A DNA stretch of 64,000 nt, taken from Octopus sinensis (lineage: Eukaryota). This document shows, piece after piece, positions 36,561-50,700 of this stretch. Location of the stretch: positions 1,674,001-1,738,000 of the forward strand of contig NC_043007.1 of assembly GCF_006345805.1 (NCBI RefSeq), given 5' to 3'. Every line of letters begins with the position of its first letter. Position 1 is the stretch's first letter. The translations under genes and the position numbers were made by a program. The notes under the pieces were generated by a model. The model made no database searches. It saw nothing but the letters and a program-made list of their open reading frames with translations, and was not told the origin of the DNA.

Positions 36561-36627
36561 CCAGATAAAACTCCAAGTTTCGGATGCCTAGGTGGAAATC
36601 TAGACCACCATCTCTTCAGTTATCCAG
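36561..36627 (-). ncRNA. Putative type I hammerhead ribozyme (family I; element about 36523-36770)
   Basis: CTGGATAA-CTGAAGA-GATG...CATC-C-GAAAC-TTGGA-GTT-TTATCTGG. 8-bp stem I with two G-U pairs. Inverted end duplication 36523-36568 vs 36659-36700. Confidence 0.6.
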
Positions 36628-36767
36628 CCATCGGAAAAGCGCTATGGAAAATGACCATTATCTTGGCTACCGAATAATTGTCACATATTACTTTTACAGA
36701 TAAATTCCTCTATTCACATAATATCGAGGTCTCTTTCTTTCTTTTGTTATCTTACCGTTTTTATCAA

Positions 36768-36802
<35 letters not shown>

Positions 36803-36816
36803 TATATATACATACA

Positions 36817-36852
<36 letters not shown>

Positions 36853-37560
36853 GTTCACATACATACATCATCACTTCATGTAAAATAGTAACTTATCTAT
36901 GACTTATATAAGATATGATTATGATGTTGTCATCAAGCCTTTGAGACATGTCATAAGTTGCATTATGGGAATACTTACAGGTATTACAGGTGAGATTGGT
37001 ACGAATTAGACAACAGCGTGCAAACATGCCGATTGTGAACTTACTAATTACTGGAAACCTTCAACATCCATCGTTTGTTTCCTGTCTTAAGGGATATTCT
37101 AAGGTTTCCAGCAACAAAGAAGCCCATTTGATTTGCAAATACATGTCTCCTTCCTGTGAGGAATTTCTTTTCCAACATCCGTTTCTTGTAAAAGTTTAAA
37201 CATCAAAAGAAAAAAAACAACATCATCATTTTCTTTTCTTTTCTTTTTGTTTTTTTGAACAGGAATATTACCTTCACACCTGCCCCCACCCCCAACCAAA
37301 CTGCATTAAGAAAATCAAAATTTTGATATGTGTGTGTTTTATTTACTTAAAATGAATTTCTTTGTCTTGTGACCCGAGTGTTATGCTCTGTAGGCTTGAG
37401 TTGTTGTCTGAATATGGTAACGATAGGAGACGCAAAGGTGCGGCAGAAATTCACTTTAAATAAATAGATAAATTATACGCTCTACATCATATGTAATATA
37501 CTCCTTTCCTCTTTTATTGTCAAACTGAATAATATGCATACACTGAATATGTCTATATGT

Positions 37561-37714
37561 ATAGTGAGAGTTTACGAAAAAAAAACAAAAGACGAAGACA
37601 GGTGGTGTAGAAAACAAACAGATGTATTAGTATAACACTCAGGAACAGAAAAAGTCTTTTACGTTTCGAGCCTACACTCTTCTACAGAAAGGGACACAGA
37701 AAAAAACAAGGAGA
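37561..37714 (-). mobile_element. Family H short element with minimal hammerhead (37656-37691), core CUGUAGA
   Basis: CTTT-CTGTAGA-A-GAGT-GTAG-GCTC-GAAAC-GTA-AAAG, flanked by TA-rich microsatellites. Confidence 0.7.
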
Positions 37715-37914
37715 CATATATATACACACAAGTGAGTGGACAAATGAAAGAATGTGGCATCCTGCACATCACCTGAGTAGGGGTTGCATGTATTTTGCAA
37801 TAACAGTTTGGCTCAGTTCTTTAATTCCTGGCGATATTGGCACGACCGATATGCCAAAGACACTCTTGTGTCATATGGAGCTGAGTCAAACTGTTATTAA
37901 AATGAATAAATAAA

Positions 37915-38169
37915 TATGTGTATGTATGTGTGTCTGGGTGTGTGTGTGTATATGTATATATATGTGTGTGTATGTATATGTATATATATGGTGTGTGTGT
38001 GTATGTATATATGTGTGTGTATATATATATGTGTGTGTATATATGTGTGTGTATGTATATATGTGTGTGTATGTATATATGTGTATATATATATATATAT
38101 ATGTGTGTGTATATATGTGTGCGTATGTATATTTGTGTGTGTATATATATATGTGTGTGTATGTATATA

Positions 38170-38203
<34 letters not shown>

Positions 38204-38270
38204 ATATATATATGTGTGCATATAGGTATGTGTGTATGTATATATGTGTGTGTGTGTGTATACATGTATA
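37915..38270. repeat. Compound TA/TG microsatellite with an ~18-bp higher-order unit (ATATATGTGTGTGTATGT)
   Basis: Direct reading. Confidence 0.85.
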
Positions 38271-38523
38271 ATACACACATGCACACAAATGCGTACACAC
38301 AGTATATTTACTGGCGTATTCTATTCTTATAGAAATATACATCTATTCAACCATGTAGAAATATACATCTATTCAACCATGTAGCACAAATTATCATTTA
38401 TACTTTACCCATTTCACTTCATGGTTATTGAGGAAGCAATACAAAGATAACAGAATGTCTCAGAATAATGTTCTAAATGTTGATGACGATATGATAATAA
38501 TGGTTGTAATTAATAACAATAAC

Positions 38524-38555
<32 letters not shown>

Positions 38556-39231
38556 TGATGATGATGATGATGATGATAACCACAAGGATGGCAGTAATAA
38601 TAATAGCGATGGTAATAGGAATTACTGACACAATGATGATAGCATAAACTTTTGGCATCGGCATCTCTTAAAGCGCTAATTAAGAGAAGTTCTGGAATAT
38701 TCTGATACTGTCTCCTAAAAAAAAATATAGATTTGTTGCAAGCATTTTAACCACAATTCGGTCTATAAATTATATTGCTAGTTACATTATGCGCGACCAT
38801 TAGTATCATTCCTTTTATTTGTTACCATTTCATTCCATTCAGCCGTATTCATAACGGTAGAGGAAGCATTTTAGCTGAAGCCCAGCTAATCACATTGTAT
38901 TTGTCGATCTACTCCAGATCAAACTACCTGCTTTCAGGTAGGTCATTTATCATTGCATGTCTGTTCCGATTCAAATTCTCAGCTCAGGGTTTTGTTTCCT
39001 CATCTCTCAGCTTGCTCTCACCACTGTCAATAAAACTACATCCTGTAAATTTGCTTTGGTGTATGAAGAGCACGGCTGGACTCCTTTCCACTCCACCACT
39101 CCCTTGCAAAGTAAACATGTGTTTGTTTTCTAGCTTCATTATGAAACTGCTGTCTTTATCTGATTATATATATGTGTTTGTGTGTGTATGTGTACTCATG
39201 CATTCATGCATACATACTCAAGCACTCACAT

Positions 39232-39935
39232 ATTCTGTGTGGTTAAAGTTTGCTTTCCAGTCTCCTGGTTCTGTGTTTGCTCCTACTACATGGCACTTTG
39301 AGCAAGGGTTTTCTAGTACAGCCTTGAGTTGTGCAAAACCTTGTAAGTGGATTTGCCTGACAGAAACTGAACAAAGCTCATTGTATATATATATCTGTGT
39401 GTGTGTGTGGAGGCGCAATGGCCCAGTGGTTAGGGCAGCGGACTCACGATTTCGATTCCCAGACCAGGTGTTGTGAGTGTTTATTGAGCGAAAACACCTA
39501 AAGCTCCACGAGGTTCTGGTAGGGGGTGGTGGCGATCCCTGCTGTACTCTTTCGCCACAACTTTCTCTCACTCTTTCTTCTGTTGGCCTGCTTGCTTAGC
39601 CAGCAGGGTGGCGTCATTTGAAGGCTAAAACAATGCAAAGCACATTGTGACCAGTGATGAGTAGCAACATCTGATAGCCTGGTCAGTCATGGTGACAGTG
39701 ATCACGGTGATATATATGTATGTGTGTGTATTTGTGTGTGTGTCTATGTTTGTCTACCACCACTACTTAACAACCGGCATTGGTGTGTTTATGTCCCCAT
39801 AACAATAGCATTGAAGCAAGAGAGACTGACAGAATAAGTTCCAGGCTTGAAAAAAACAAATATAGTATCGGGGTTGATTTGTTTGCCTGCTCCAGCATGG
39901 CAACAGTGTAATGCCTGAAACAAGTAAAACATGAA
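39232..39935 (+). mobile_element. SINE-B split by a SINE-C insertion
   Basis: Head about 39232-39400 and tail about 39730-39935, with SINE-C inside the central microsatellite. Confidence 0.7.
39408..39710 (+). mobile_element. SINE-C (same head, tail type 2)
   Basis: Head and body as at 14067, then an unrelated 3' part GGCGTCATTTGAAGGCTAAAACAATGC...GGTCACGGTGA-like tail. Confidence 0.8.
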
Positions 39936-39952
39936 ATATATATATATGTGCA

Positions 39953-39998
<46 letters not shown>

Positions 39999-40284
39999 CA
40001 TGCATATGTGCATGTATGTATGTGTGTGTGTATGTATCTCGTTTTCCTTTTTGGGCAAATTCCTGTGTTGACTAGAGAGTAGAATTTACTCTGTGTAAGG
40101 GCTTCCTTACTTTAAAATGCTTTCGATGCAGGTATTGTTTGACTTTTAACAGCTTTTCATTATCTGTTGCATACTGTAGCTGGTAAATGAAAAATGAAAA
40201 CAGTCATTGAAAAATGTGTGTGTGTTTGGTGGGGGGGGATGTAGGGGTGTGCCTGTACAAACGCATACACTAACACACACACAT

Positions 40285-40335
<51 letters not shown>

Positions 40336-41629
40336 TACACATTGATACACACACACATGTACATATACATATATACACACATTTATATATGCATATAACT
40401 TTGTACATATGTATGTGTGCATGCACGTATATACATATATTCATACATATATACAGACAGACAGAGATTTGTGTACACATTGATACACACATAAACATAT
40501 ATACACACACATATATATATGCATATAACTTTGTATGTACGTGTGCGTGCATGCATATATCTATATATATACAGAGAGAGAGAGTGAGAGAGAGAATGTT
40601 GTAGAATAACTAGTTATCCTCCGTATACACACAACACGCAAAACATTAATGCTATGTAAACAAATTCCTCTTATATGAACAATTCCGACATAATTTTGAA
40701 AGTCCAAAGATGACATGTTGTTTGATTGGCACAGCACACTGTGGACATTTTTGTTTAAGTTAGATTATTATTGCAGAACATCATTCTGCAAATGTTGGCG
40801 CTTTGGCCCTGACAGCGAGATCATCATCCTTCATGTTCCATTTAAGTCAGTGCTGTTCAATAAAGTGTCAATACTAGCAAAGTGGGTGCGATTTCCAATC
40901 AATAAACCCGAGAGAATATTTAAACATTTGCATTGTACTTCACATTTGTGATTTTAAATTCTGCATTCTGTTCATTTTAATGACTTGTAATAATAAATGA
41001 GCTAACAGTCGTATCTAACAGAATGTAAAGAGTCTTTGACACATTATTTGTACAGAAACAAAGACAAATTCTTCATCATAATATCGTTGTAGATATCTTT
41101 TTAGCAGGATCATACTTTCTGAAAACATTATAACACAATTACGGAAAGACACCTCGTAAGATGTTTTACTGTCACCTGATTTGACAGGACTGTAACGAAA
41201 AAAAATGTTTCTTTGACTTAAACTAAATTTATTATGTTTTGGGGCCCCTTATGCTAAATTTAATATTTGTTTTTTCTTGGAACTTGGAGTAGAGAGAGCA
41301 CAACCGCCACCAGTACTTTTGAAAGTGCTCCTTTTGTCATTTTCATACCAGTCTGTCTGAGACTGTCCCTGGCTCTGGTGTACAAAAACTTGGTGTTTTA
41401 AAGTGATCTCACTTTTTTTTTTTTTCTCTCCCTAAATCTTCCATCGAAATTTTATTTTAAGTTGTTCCAGACGCCAGCTTAATGATGCCAAAGTTATTTT
41501 CGAAATTAACTGAGATGCAGGTGATGGTGTTTGGGTGGAAATATGATAACGAAAGAATTATCAATGGAAAGTTTACCAAATTTTTTTATATAGAGTAAAC
41601 AAACCAAACATACTTCAGTGCATGATGCA

Positions 41630-41697
<68 letters not shown>

Positions 41698-42429
41698 GAT
41701 AGCAAAAGATTTTTTGTACATCTTTGCTTCAAGATTACTTGAATTTTATAAAGTTGCCATTGAAAATCTTTTGTGTCGTTTCTAAACTGTCATTGGTCAA
41801 CTGCCATCAATAGCAAATTGAATAAAGATCTTTTTATGTTGTTCTTTGAGTATGAGTTTGAAATAATCAGATTTTACCAGTCTAATAAGAATTATATGAC
41901 CAACCATTTATCTGAAGATTAAATTTTTTGAAACATGTGAAGAAATATCTTACCATTTCACAAGTTCATAATTTAGATATGAGTTTCAGTGGCTGCTATT
42001 TTTATTTTACTTCAGTTTATAGCTTACACACCTCACAATGCATCTATGAATCAATGTCAAAAGCACTACAGCTTTGAGCAGGGGCCAGGGATCTTTTTTA
42101 ACTTACTTGAAAATATATTTATTTATGCCGACATAACCCTTTTATTTGAATGGAAGAAAATCACAGACAACAGGGAACATGTTTTTTTTAATATAATTTT
42201 ACTTATGTCTGATGAGTCCTCGTCATCCCCCAAAATTTCATTTTTACCCCACGTGGGGTAATTTACCATGGTCTGCCAACCTCTGGCTTATAGTGTATAC
42301 TGATTACAATTAGCAAATGGAAAAAAAAAACTACCAAACACTGCAATCCAGTATTTTAAGGGACTTTAAGGCTATATTGATTAACATTAATTCATTACTT
42401 TATATCATTAAAATGATATTTATTTCTTT

Positions 42430-42652
42430 ATTGGCCACAGGGGGTTAAATATAGAGGGGACAAACAAGGATAGACAAAGGGATTAAGTTGATTACATCTA
42501 CTCCAGTGCGTAACTGGTACTCATATAATTGACTCCCCAAAAGGGTGAAAGACAAAGTTGACCGCGATGGAATTTGAACTCAGAACATAACTGCAGCTGA
42601 AATACCGTTAAGCATTTTGCCAGGCGTGCTAATGATTCTGCCAACTTGCTGC
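42430..42652 (-). mobile_element. SINE-E
   Basis: Reverse complement of the family E consensus. Older copies also at about 22780-22960, 48240-48365, 60955-61080 and 62700-62830. Confidence 0.8.
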
Positions 42653-42801
42653 CCTATCATTAAAATGATGATGATGATGATGATGGACACTGTGCTGTAA
42701 GCAGACAAATGTGTTAAGTTCAGTTTCTGTGATGAGTAAAGACTTGGGAGTTTTGTACTCTTGCCTGTTACCATGATTCATTAAGTTCTAATCTTTAACC
42801 C

Positions 42802-43126
42802 GAGGGCGCGTGGCTTAGTGGTTAGGGCATTCGGCTCATGATCGTAAGGTTGTGAGTTCGATTCCCGGCGACGCGTTGTGTCCTTGAGCAAGACACTTTA
42901 TTTCACGTTGCTCCAGTCCACTCAGCTGGCAAAAATGAGTTGTACTTGTATTTCAAAGGGTCAGCCTTGTCACTCTCTGTGTCACGCTGATTATCCCCGA
43001 GAACTACGTTAAGGGTACACGTGTCTGTGGAATGCTCAGCCATTTGCACGTTAATTTCACGAGCAAGCTGTTCCGTTGATCGTATCAGCTGGGACCCTCG
43101 TCGTCGTAACCGGCGGAGTCTTTTTT
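42802..43126 (+). mobile_element. SINE-C2 (different tRNA head + CORE-like body, tail type 1), young copy
   Basis: GGGCGCGTGGCTTAGTGG...GAGTTCGATTCCC...GTGTCCTTGAGCAAGACAC. Perfect 13-bp TSD TAATCTTTAACCC (42789-42801, 43127-43139). Confidence 0.9.
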
Positions 43127-44636
43127 TAATCTTTAACCCATTTAATCTATAATATAACCCAGGACTTGGCAACGGATGGGCCATAACCTCAATGTGGGTT
43201 ACCAAAGTTTTCACTGGGTGACCTCAGACCTTTTCTAAAAAATATTTCAAATATAATGGATTTATGTCATAAGGCTGGGATGTACTAAAGAACTTCTAAG
43301 AAATCTCTTAAATTTTTATTTAGATGGAATTCTTTTTCAGTTTCTTCTTAATAGGTCATTTTTCCCCCATGGGACCTCCTTACTACACACAAATGCCAAG
43401 GTTTCCCTATCATAGGGTGTATTGCAAAATCACACCAAAATGACTCAAAAATGCATTCGCATGTAATTAGCCGTTTTATTTTTCATAGAATTCCTAAAGA
43501 TCTTTCATGGCATCTTAAGATTCTGAGGAACCTTGGTTGAGAAGTGTTTCTGTAGTATCTTCTTGGTTGGCTCCCTTTTTTTCATGTACTCTGTGGTCTT
43601 TATGGCACTTATATTGTCTGTTTTGAGAAGTATTTTCCAGAAGGGGTTATGAAGCAATAATGGAATGGATCTGTGCATTGCTACATGGCACCGGAAATTA
43701 GTTTGAACACATGTTAAGCAACATGATGTAATCTTCATATTTGGCCTGCGATCATGAACTGCATGTGTCATCTGCATATTACTCTCCTCCCCAAAGCATA
43801 TACATACACACACTGCCATATATGCAAAGTATATATACACTCAAGCATGCATGGCTGTATGATCCTGAGTACTGCATTTTCACATCATGAAACAACATAA
43901 TTATTCCTTACATATACACTTAAAAAAATTACGGTATATTTTGGTTGCAGGATAAACTAAGTTTTCTGCTGAAGTTAAATCTCATTAGCAATGTAAATTA
44001 TTATTTTTTTTTTTCTTTTTCTTCTTAACGATATATATAAATGGAAAGTGAAAGTAGCATCTTACTTTCACATATTTCGAATCTCTTCCCAAAGCTTATT
44101 TCTGTAACAAAATGAAATAGCAATGCAATTTATTTACATAAGTTCAATATGATAAATATCACTCGTTATGAAGCACAACAACAACAACAGCAAGGCCAAA
44201 ACAACCATTCTAAGTTTCAAATATAAGGCAAGACATTATGCTGTAACTATTCTTTACTGGCCTACTGAGGAAATAACTCCTCAACTGTTCTCAGTAAAGA
44301 GTGCTGCTGTGTAAAAGCTTTTAGTTTCCACTTTTATTCGTTAGGTACCCCTATGAAATCTTCTTGGAATGTCCCTTAGATAGTACCTAGTTTCTCATGA
44401 GGCAAAAAACTTGTTGTTTCTCATGTGCAAAAAAAAAAAAAAAAAGCCAAAAGAAAAATGTAATGTTAGTAACATAACTTGATTATTTTGTATTGTTTTC
44501 AATTTTTCAACATAAAATTACAGAAAGATTTTAAGTTCAGACAAAACAAAAAATATTATTCAAATATTAGAAAGGAAAATTTATATCAATTCTTAGATTA
44601 TATTTCATATATTTTCCTCTTTCTTTTCTTTTGTGT

Positions 44637-44668
<32 letters not shown>

Positions 44669-45120
44669 TTGTTTGGTGGTTGTTTAATTGTCATTCAAAC
44701 TTCTTAGGAATAATGATCTTCTCAAGTCACTTGGCAAAGCTTTGATGAAAATTTTAACATTTTATAGAATTTGAATAAATCTGTGCACTTTTATTTCTTA
44801 ACAAAACAAACAAAAACAACAAACTTGTACAGTCATATTTTTGTTACTTTTTTTTTTTGTTTTTCTAAATTTCTAAAGCAAAGTGAAAGACATGATATCC
44901 ATTATTGTCATAGAGTATTTCTGGAACAGGTTCCACATACATAAATGTTTCCAATAATATTGATCTAATAAACAAATATATCAGTTTACATGGAATTCAA
45001 CTCTGCTTTTTGGCAAAGCTGTTTCTGTTTTTTTTTTAAATTTTTACTCATTCTAGAAGTCAAAATACAATTCCTGTAAACATTTTCATGGATAACTTCC
45101 ATTGTTTTTCTCTTGGTTTG

Positions 45121-45158
<38 letters not shown>

Positions 45159-45159
45159 T

Positions 45160-45199
<40 letters not shown>

Positions 45200-45200
45200 A

Positions 45201-45249
<49 letters not shown>

Positions 45250-45451
45250 TAAATGTATATATATATGTGTATCCACACATTCATTTTTTTTCTGTCATTT
45301 TTAGAAATTGTATTACAGCCAGAGCAAGCAAAAAACATATTGATACGTCTCTGGTACTTTTGAACTAACATTTGACCATAAGTATCTAAACATGGGAAAC
45401 AACCAAAACAAAATAAAAAACAACTTTATATAACAGTTAAAATACTTAGAG

Positions 45452-45531
<80 letters not shown>

Positions 45532-46115
45532 GTGTGGAAGGGTAACACTAGGAAAAAAATAATTAATATCACTAGTGGAAAAGTTTTGTGGCATATGATT
45601 CCTTTTTTGTCTTTTTTCTTTTTTTCTTTCATTTTTCTTTTCTTTTTTTTCTTCTTTTTTTTACAAAGACTGTGGTTTTAGTTCTGTTTGGCTTTAAGAG
45701 AATGTTATAATTAAAGATATATTCGTTGACTGATGAGTTTTTAAGCAATCGGTAAGAAAATCTCACTGCTGACCACTTGTATGCTATCCGAAAGAATTTA
45801 TTGACTGGGGATAAAACACTTGTAAAAATCAAGTTGAAATTCATATTTAGAAACAATCTGTCCAGGGTAAAATTCCAATTTCCTGTGCCTGAAACGTATA
45901 TCGGTATCCAGTGTCGGAAACGATCCATCAAAATTTAGTTGTTAACTAAATTTATAGGGTGCCATATTTTCTGAAATGGCTTAGAAAGGAAGAAAAAAAA
46001 ATCTGGATGCATTTTTCTTTTTTTTTTCTCTCTTTTTTAAAAAATTTTTTTTTCCAAACAACTAAATAATTGCTTTAATCTCCTGAAATGAAGTGACATC
46101 CTTGCAATTTGAACA

Positions 46116-46180
<65 letters not shown>

Positions 46181-47629
46181 ACATATCCAGTGGTTGGGAG
46201 TTCAGTTTGAATATTTCCTTTTCTCTGTAAAATTTTATACCGTTAATCGATATAGCAATATATCCGAAATTGATGAATACATCACCTTTTTTTTTTTTTC
46301 ACTTTATACTTTTTCGTTTTATATTTCAAGTGACACAGATCATTAACACGCTGAAGATGTTGAACAATTTTGCATTTTCGCAGATATGAGAAGATTGATC
46401 TTACTTTGTGGTTAAAGACTCCATGCTTTGTTTTTGCAACTTGTGTACAACAAAATTTAAACGATGTATGCACTAAGAAAGTGGTGAAAATAGCTGTTGT
46501 CCGTTGTATTATCTAAGAATTTAGCTCCTAAGGATAAATTAAATTGAAAGCTACACTGCATTTTAATTCCTACAAGCAAAAACAAAATATCTATCAAAAA
46601 TTAACTACCTTGCCTGTAATGTTTTTATTAGCTGTGATTGCATATTAAAATTTCATTTAATTTTGTTATCTAATTTGTAAATGTTAGACAAGATAAAGAA
46701 TTTTAAGTAGGTTATTTTAATTTTTTGTCTTTTTTAATTTTTTATCCAGTCCATAAATTATTTCATTTTAATCGAATGTGGTTATAAAGTTTTATTTTTA
46801 AATTACAGAAGACGGAATTGATTAATTATCTTTGATATTAAATGCTTGCAGAAATAAATTAGTTTTAGTTATAATAATGAAAAGAACCTAAGTCATTTTC
46901 TCTAATGTCCAATATTATACGCAGGCAATTGCGGAATTTTTACACAAATTTTAATGAATGCTTTCTAGATTGGCTGAAATTGTTTTAACACTTAGAGAGA
47001 TTCAAATAATTAACTGTAATCAAATAGTGGGTTTTATGAACAGAAGGGAGGCATTGGAAGCAAATGTATAATTAGCATGGTTGTTAATTTCCAAGAAACT
47101 TATATAAAAGTGGCGATGTAGTTTATACAACATAAATAGAGAGCTTCGTGGACGTAACATTAGCGTTTGGTACACTACACTGTGTGACTTCTATTCTTAT
47201 TTAATTAAGATGTAATTTCATATCAAATATAGGACAGCTCAATCAGAAAATGCTGATTAAAGTGGCTTAATTAGGAAGGTGTTTCTTAAGTTTACAAGCA
47301 TTGAATCCAAATGTTACAAACATCTCAGTTCCATCCATTGCAACAATTAGCTATTTTGGAAATGTCCATTATAACTTTGCTTCACAAGACTTCTTTGTAT
47401 GTCTGTCTCTTTCCCAAGCTCTCTCTCTCTCTCTCTATACACATACACACACACATGCATGCACATCATCATCATCATCATCATTTGAGTGCCCACTTGC
47501 CCTTGCTGGCCTGGGTCAGATGGAATTTTACCCGACATGTTTCACTAGAAGATCGGAAATAAAGGACACTGCCTGTATGATGGTGATGCTCATTTACAGC
47601 CATCATGCAATTCATACACATATATGGTG

Positions 47630-48040
47630 CAGGAGTGGCTGTGTGGTAAGAAGCTTGCTTCCCAATCACATGATTCCAAGTTCAGTCCTACTGTGTGGCA
47701 CCTTGAGCAAGTGTCTTCTACTACAGCTTGTGAATGCATTTGGAAGACAGAAACTGAAAGAAGCCTGTCGTATGTGTGTGTATATATATATATATATATG
47801 TGTATGTGTGTGTGTGTGTGTGTATTTGTGTGTCTGTGTTGGTGCCCCCACCATTGCTTGACAATTGATGTTGGTGTTTCTATGTCCCTGTAACTTAGTG
47901 GTTCAGCAAAAGAGACCGATAGAATAAGTACTAGGCTTATAAAGAATAAGTCCTGGGATCGTTTTGTTTGACTTAAGATGGTGCTCCAGTATGGCTGCAG
48001 TCAAATGACTGAAACAAGTAAAAGAGTAAAAGAAAAAGAA
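47630..48040 (+). mobile_element. SINE-B, near full length
   Basis: GGAGTGGCTGTGTGGTAAGAAGCTTGCTTCCC...GAAACAAGTAAAAGAGTAAAAG. Confidence 0.85.
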
Positions 48041-50221
48041 TATATATCTATATACATGTGTGCATTTACCTATATTTATACATATGTATATATATGCATT
48101 TGTATATATATATTCATACATATGTGTGCGTGGGTGGGTGGGGGTGTTGTGTTTCTGTCATTAGTTTGATGTAAAAGATTGTTTTGGAAAGCGGTTTTTG
48201 TAAAGTGCATATGAAGAATATAACTTTTAGGGAGAGCCCTTAGAGCATTGGCAAATTGCTTCATGGTATTTGTTTCAATTCTCTCCCCTCTGAGTTCAAA
48301 TCCCACTGCAACTGTGCCGTTCTTCCTTTTATGGGTCAATGAAAAAATACCATCTAAGTTGGTCAAACTGTAGGAACATCTGACTGGACACTTGGCAGCA
48401 TTTCTTTAAGCTCTTTGATTTCTAAGTTCACATCCTATTGGGCCCTAATATGGTGGTAGATTTAACTTGTCACTCAGTTTATCACAACCATTTGGCACCT
48501 ACTTTTAGTAGGGCCTACTCTACTGCAAAGCACACAAGATAAACAATCACATCACGGAAATCTTGAAGCTATGAGATAATGCCGAATTCAACAGAATGTG
48601 AATAAATAAGCATTACCATTTGACTGAGTATTGAAAACTCTAAAGAGTTAATATCAGGAATGCTTCCCTAACCAGAATTGCACATTTACAAAGGTACATA
48701 CTTTCGATGGCACTTTTTCTTTACCCCTTTTTTAAATTCTTAGATACCGCTGTAACTGTAGAGAGAACCCATTTATTGTTCATCAGTGTACTTTTTCGGT
48801 GCATGCTCAGGACATTTGTTGCTAAGTACCAATGTCAGATTAACTGCATTGGTAAATCATGTACATTTACTATAGGCAACCTTCCCACTCAATGAACAGA
48901 ACCAGATGTTGTCTATTACAAAGCCATCTCTGTTCAGGTTACTGTGTTGCGACATGACTGTAACAATTCCCCCCCCCATTTTTTCATCTTGTTTTGAGAG
49001 ATTTACGATTAAAATTTTTTATTGAATGATTACATCATTTGGATGTGTATGTATATACCTATTTATGTGTGTATATATGCATATATGCATGTGATCTATA
49101 TATACATATATATATATATAAATATATATTTATATATATATATATATATATGTATATAAAATATGAATATGTATATATTTATTTATTTATTTATTTATTT
49201 ATATATATATATATATATACATAGGTGAGAGGAACAGCAATATGGAATATGAGTACTCAGCTGGAATGCCTTACACTTGAATTCCGATCCTGCTGGTTTT
49301 CATTCCTTAAATGGTAATAAAATAATGTACTTCAAATAATATATTTATGTTGAGTCAATCGAACGTATTCGGTTCTATTAGCAAAAATGGCTTTATACCT
49401 TAAGGAAATATCGAGCAGATAAAAATATATATATATATATATATTTATACTTTTTTTTTATCAATTTCAACATAAACTAGTAGATCTACCCATGAGTTGC
49501 ATATAAAAAAAAACAAGTAATAAAAAAATAAAACTGTTTATGGTTTGTAGTTATGTACATATAATTTCAAATATGTCTCTATGTAAATTTGTTTTCTAGA
49601 TTGTAATCATATTTATGTCTATTGTTAGTATACACTGTGCAGCATTTCTATACGGTCTGCAAATAAATTATACATACATATACACATGCACACATGCACA
49701 TGTATATATGTAAAAGCCCTGTTTTGTATTCATTACCATCATGGTTTGATTTCAGTTGCAGACACCTGCATGCAATCCTTCTTTTCCACCCTTTATCACA
49801 GATTCAGTAATCAATTTTAGCCCTTCATTCAAGTGATTAGCCTGGGCCATTCACTGAAGTCAAATCCTTTGGCAGGATTTGAACTCAGAGCAGAAGCCAG
49901 TGTCATAGATGCCACGAGACATCTCATCTGCCAACCTTCTATCCTGATATGTACTAATTCTCACACAATCCTGTTTCCAAAACTACCAAAATTCAAACAC
50001 TGTTACATCCTAGAATATTGCAAAATATTGCACAATTAAAAACATTAATTTTGATTAAATACTTAATATTATTTATTGATCTATGTTTTGGGGGTCAGCT
50101 TTCAAATATAGAAATTAGCGCAGATTCATATTTGTGTTATTTATCTTCAATTTTACAGAGACTTTTGCTATTTTCTGATCCAACAAGCTCAATGTTACAT
50201 TTTATATAATATATAACCACT

Positions 50222-50392
50222 CTTCCTAATGCCAACCCCTCTTGGGGTGGTTGGCATTAGGAAGGGCATCCAACTGTAGAAACTCTGCCAGATCCGATTG
50301 AAACTTGGTGCAGCCATCTGGTTCACCAGTCCTCTGTCAAATCATCCAACCCATGCTAGCATGGAAAGCGGATGTTAAACGATGATGATGAT
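50222..50392 (+). mobile_element. Family A 3' end with 16-bp 5' snap-back inversion
   Basis: CTTCCTAATGCCAACC (50222-50237) is the reverse complement of 50249-50264. Family A consensus follows. Confidence 0.8.
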
Positions 50393-50424
50393 ATAGTTGA
50401 AGGGAGAAGGGCTGTCAATGCTCT

Positions 50425-50700
50425 TGTGTTTCATAGATTTGCACATGCTGGTGAGGTTGACAGGATTGTTATGTCCAGCTTCAAGAATAGCGGGAAGGAA
50501 GTCTTAAAGCTTACTGTTCTGAGAAGGAAGGACTGACCAAAGTGTTTAATGCAGGATCCAGGAGGGGGGGACTCAGTAAGGGCGATAGGACAAGAAGAAA
50601 TGCACATTGGACAAACAAAAGATCTGGGTGGCAAAGGTAGGCAGTTAGCTAGTTCAGAGGAGCATAGTCTAGTGTCAGGTGAGGCGAAGAGAAGTAACGG
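50425..50700 (-). mobile_element. Degenerate CR1/L2-type LINE 3' fragment
   Basis: HFGQSFLLRTVSFKTSFP resembles the SFxPRTxRxWNSLP C-terminal motif. Confidence 0.45.

Noticed and set aside
38775-39476. 233-aa ORF
   Set aside because: Non-ATG start, no recognisable domain, and it runs through a microsatellite and two SINEs.
43505-43840. 111-aa minus-strand ORF
   Set aside because: Starts in a microsatellite-like stretch; no recognisable homology or splice context.
45731-45775. CTGATGAG...GAAA motif
   Set aside because: No stem II and only a 3-bp stem I; chance match. Similar rejections at about 18001, 29053, 41913 and 42210.
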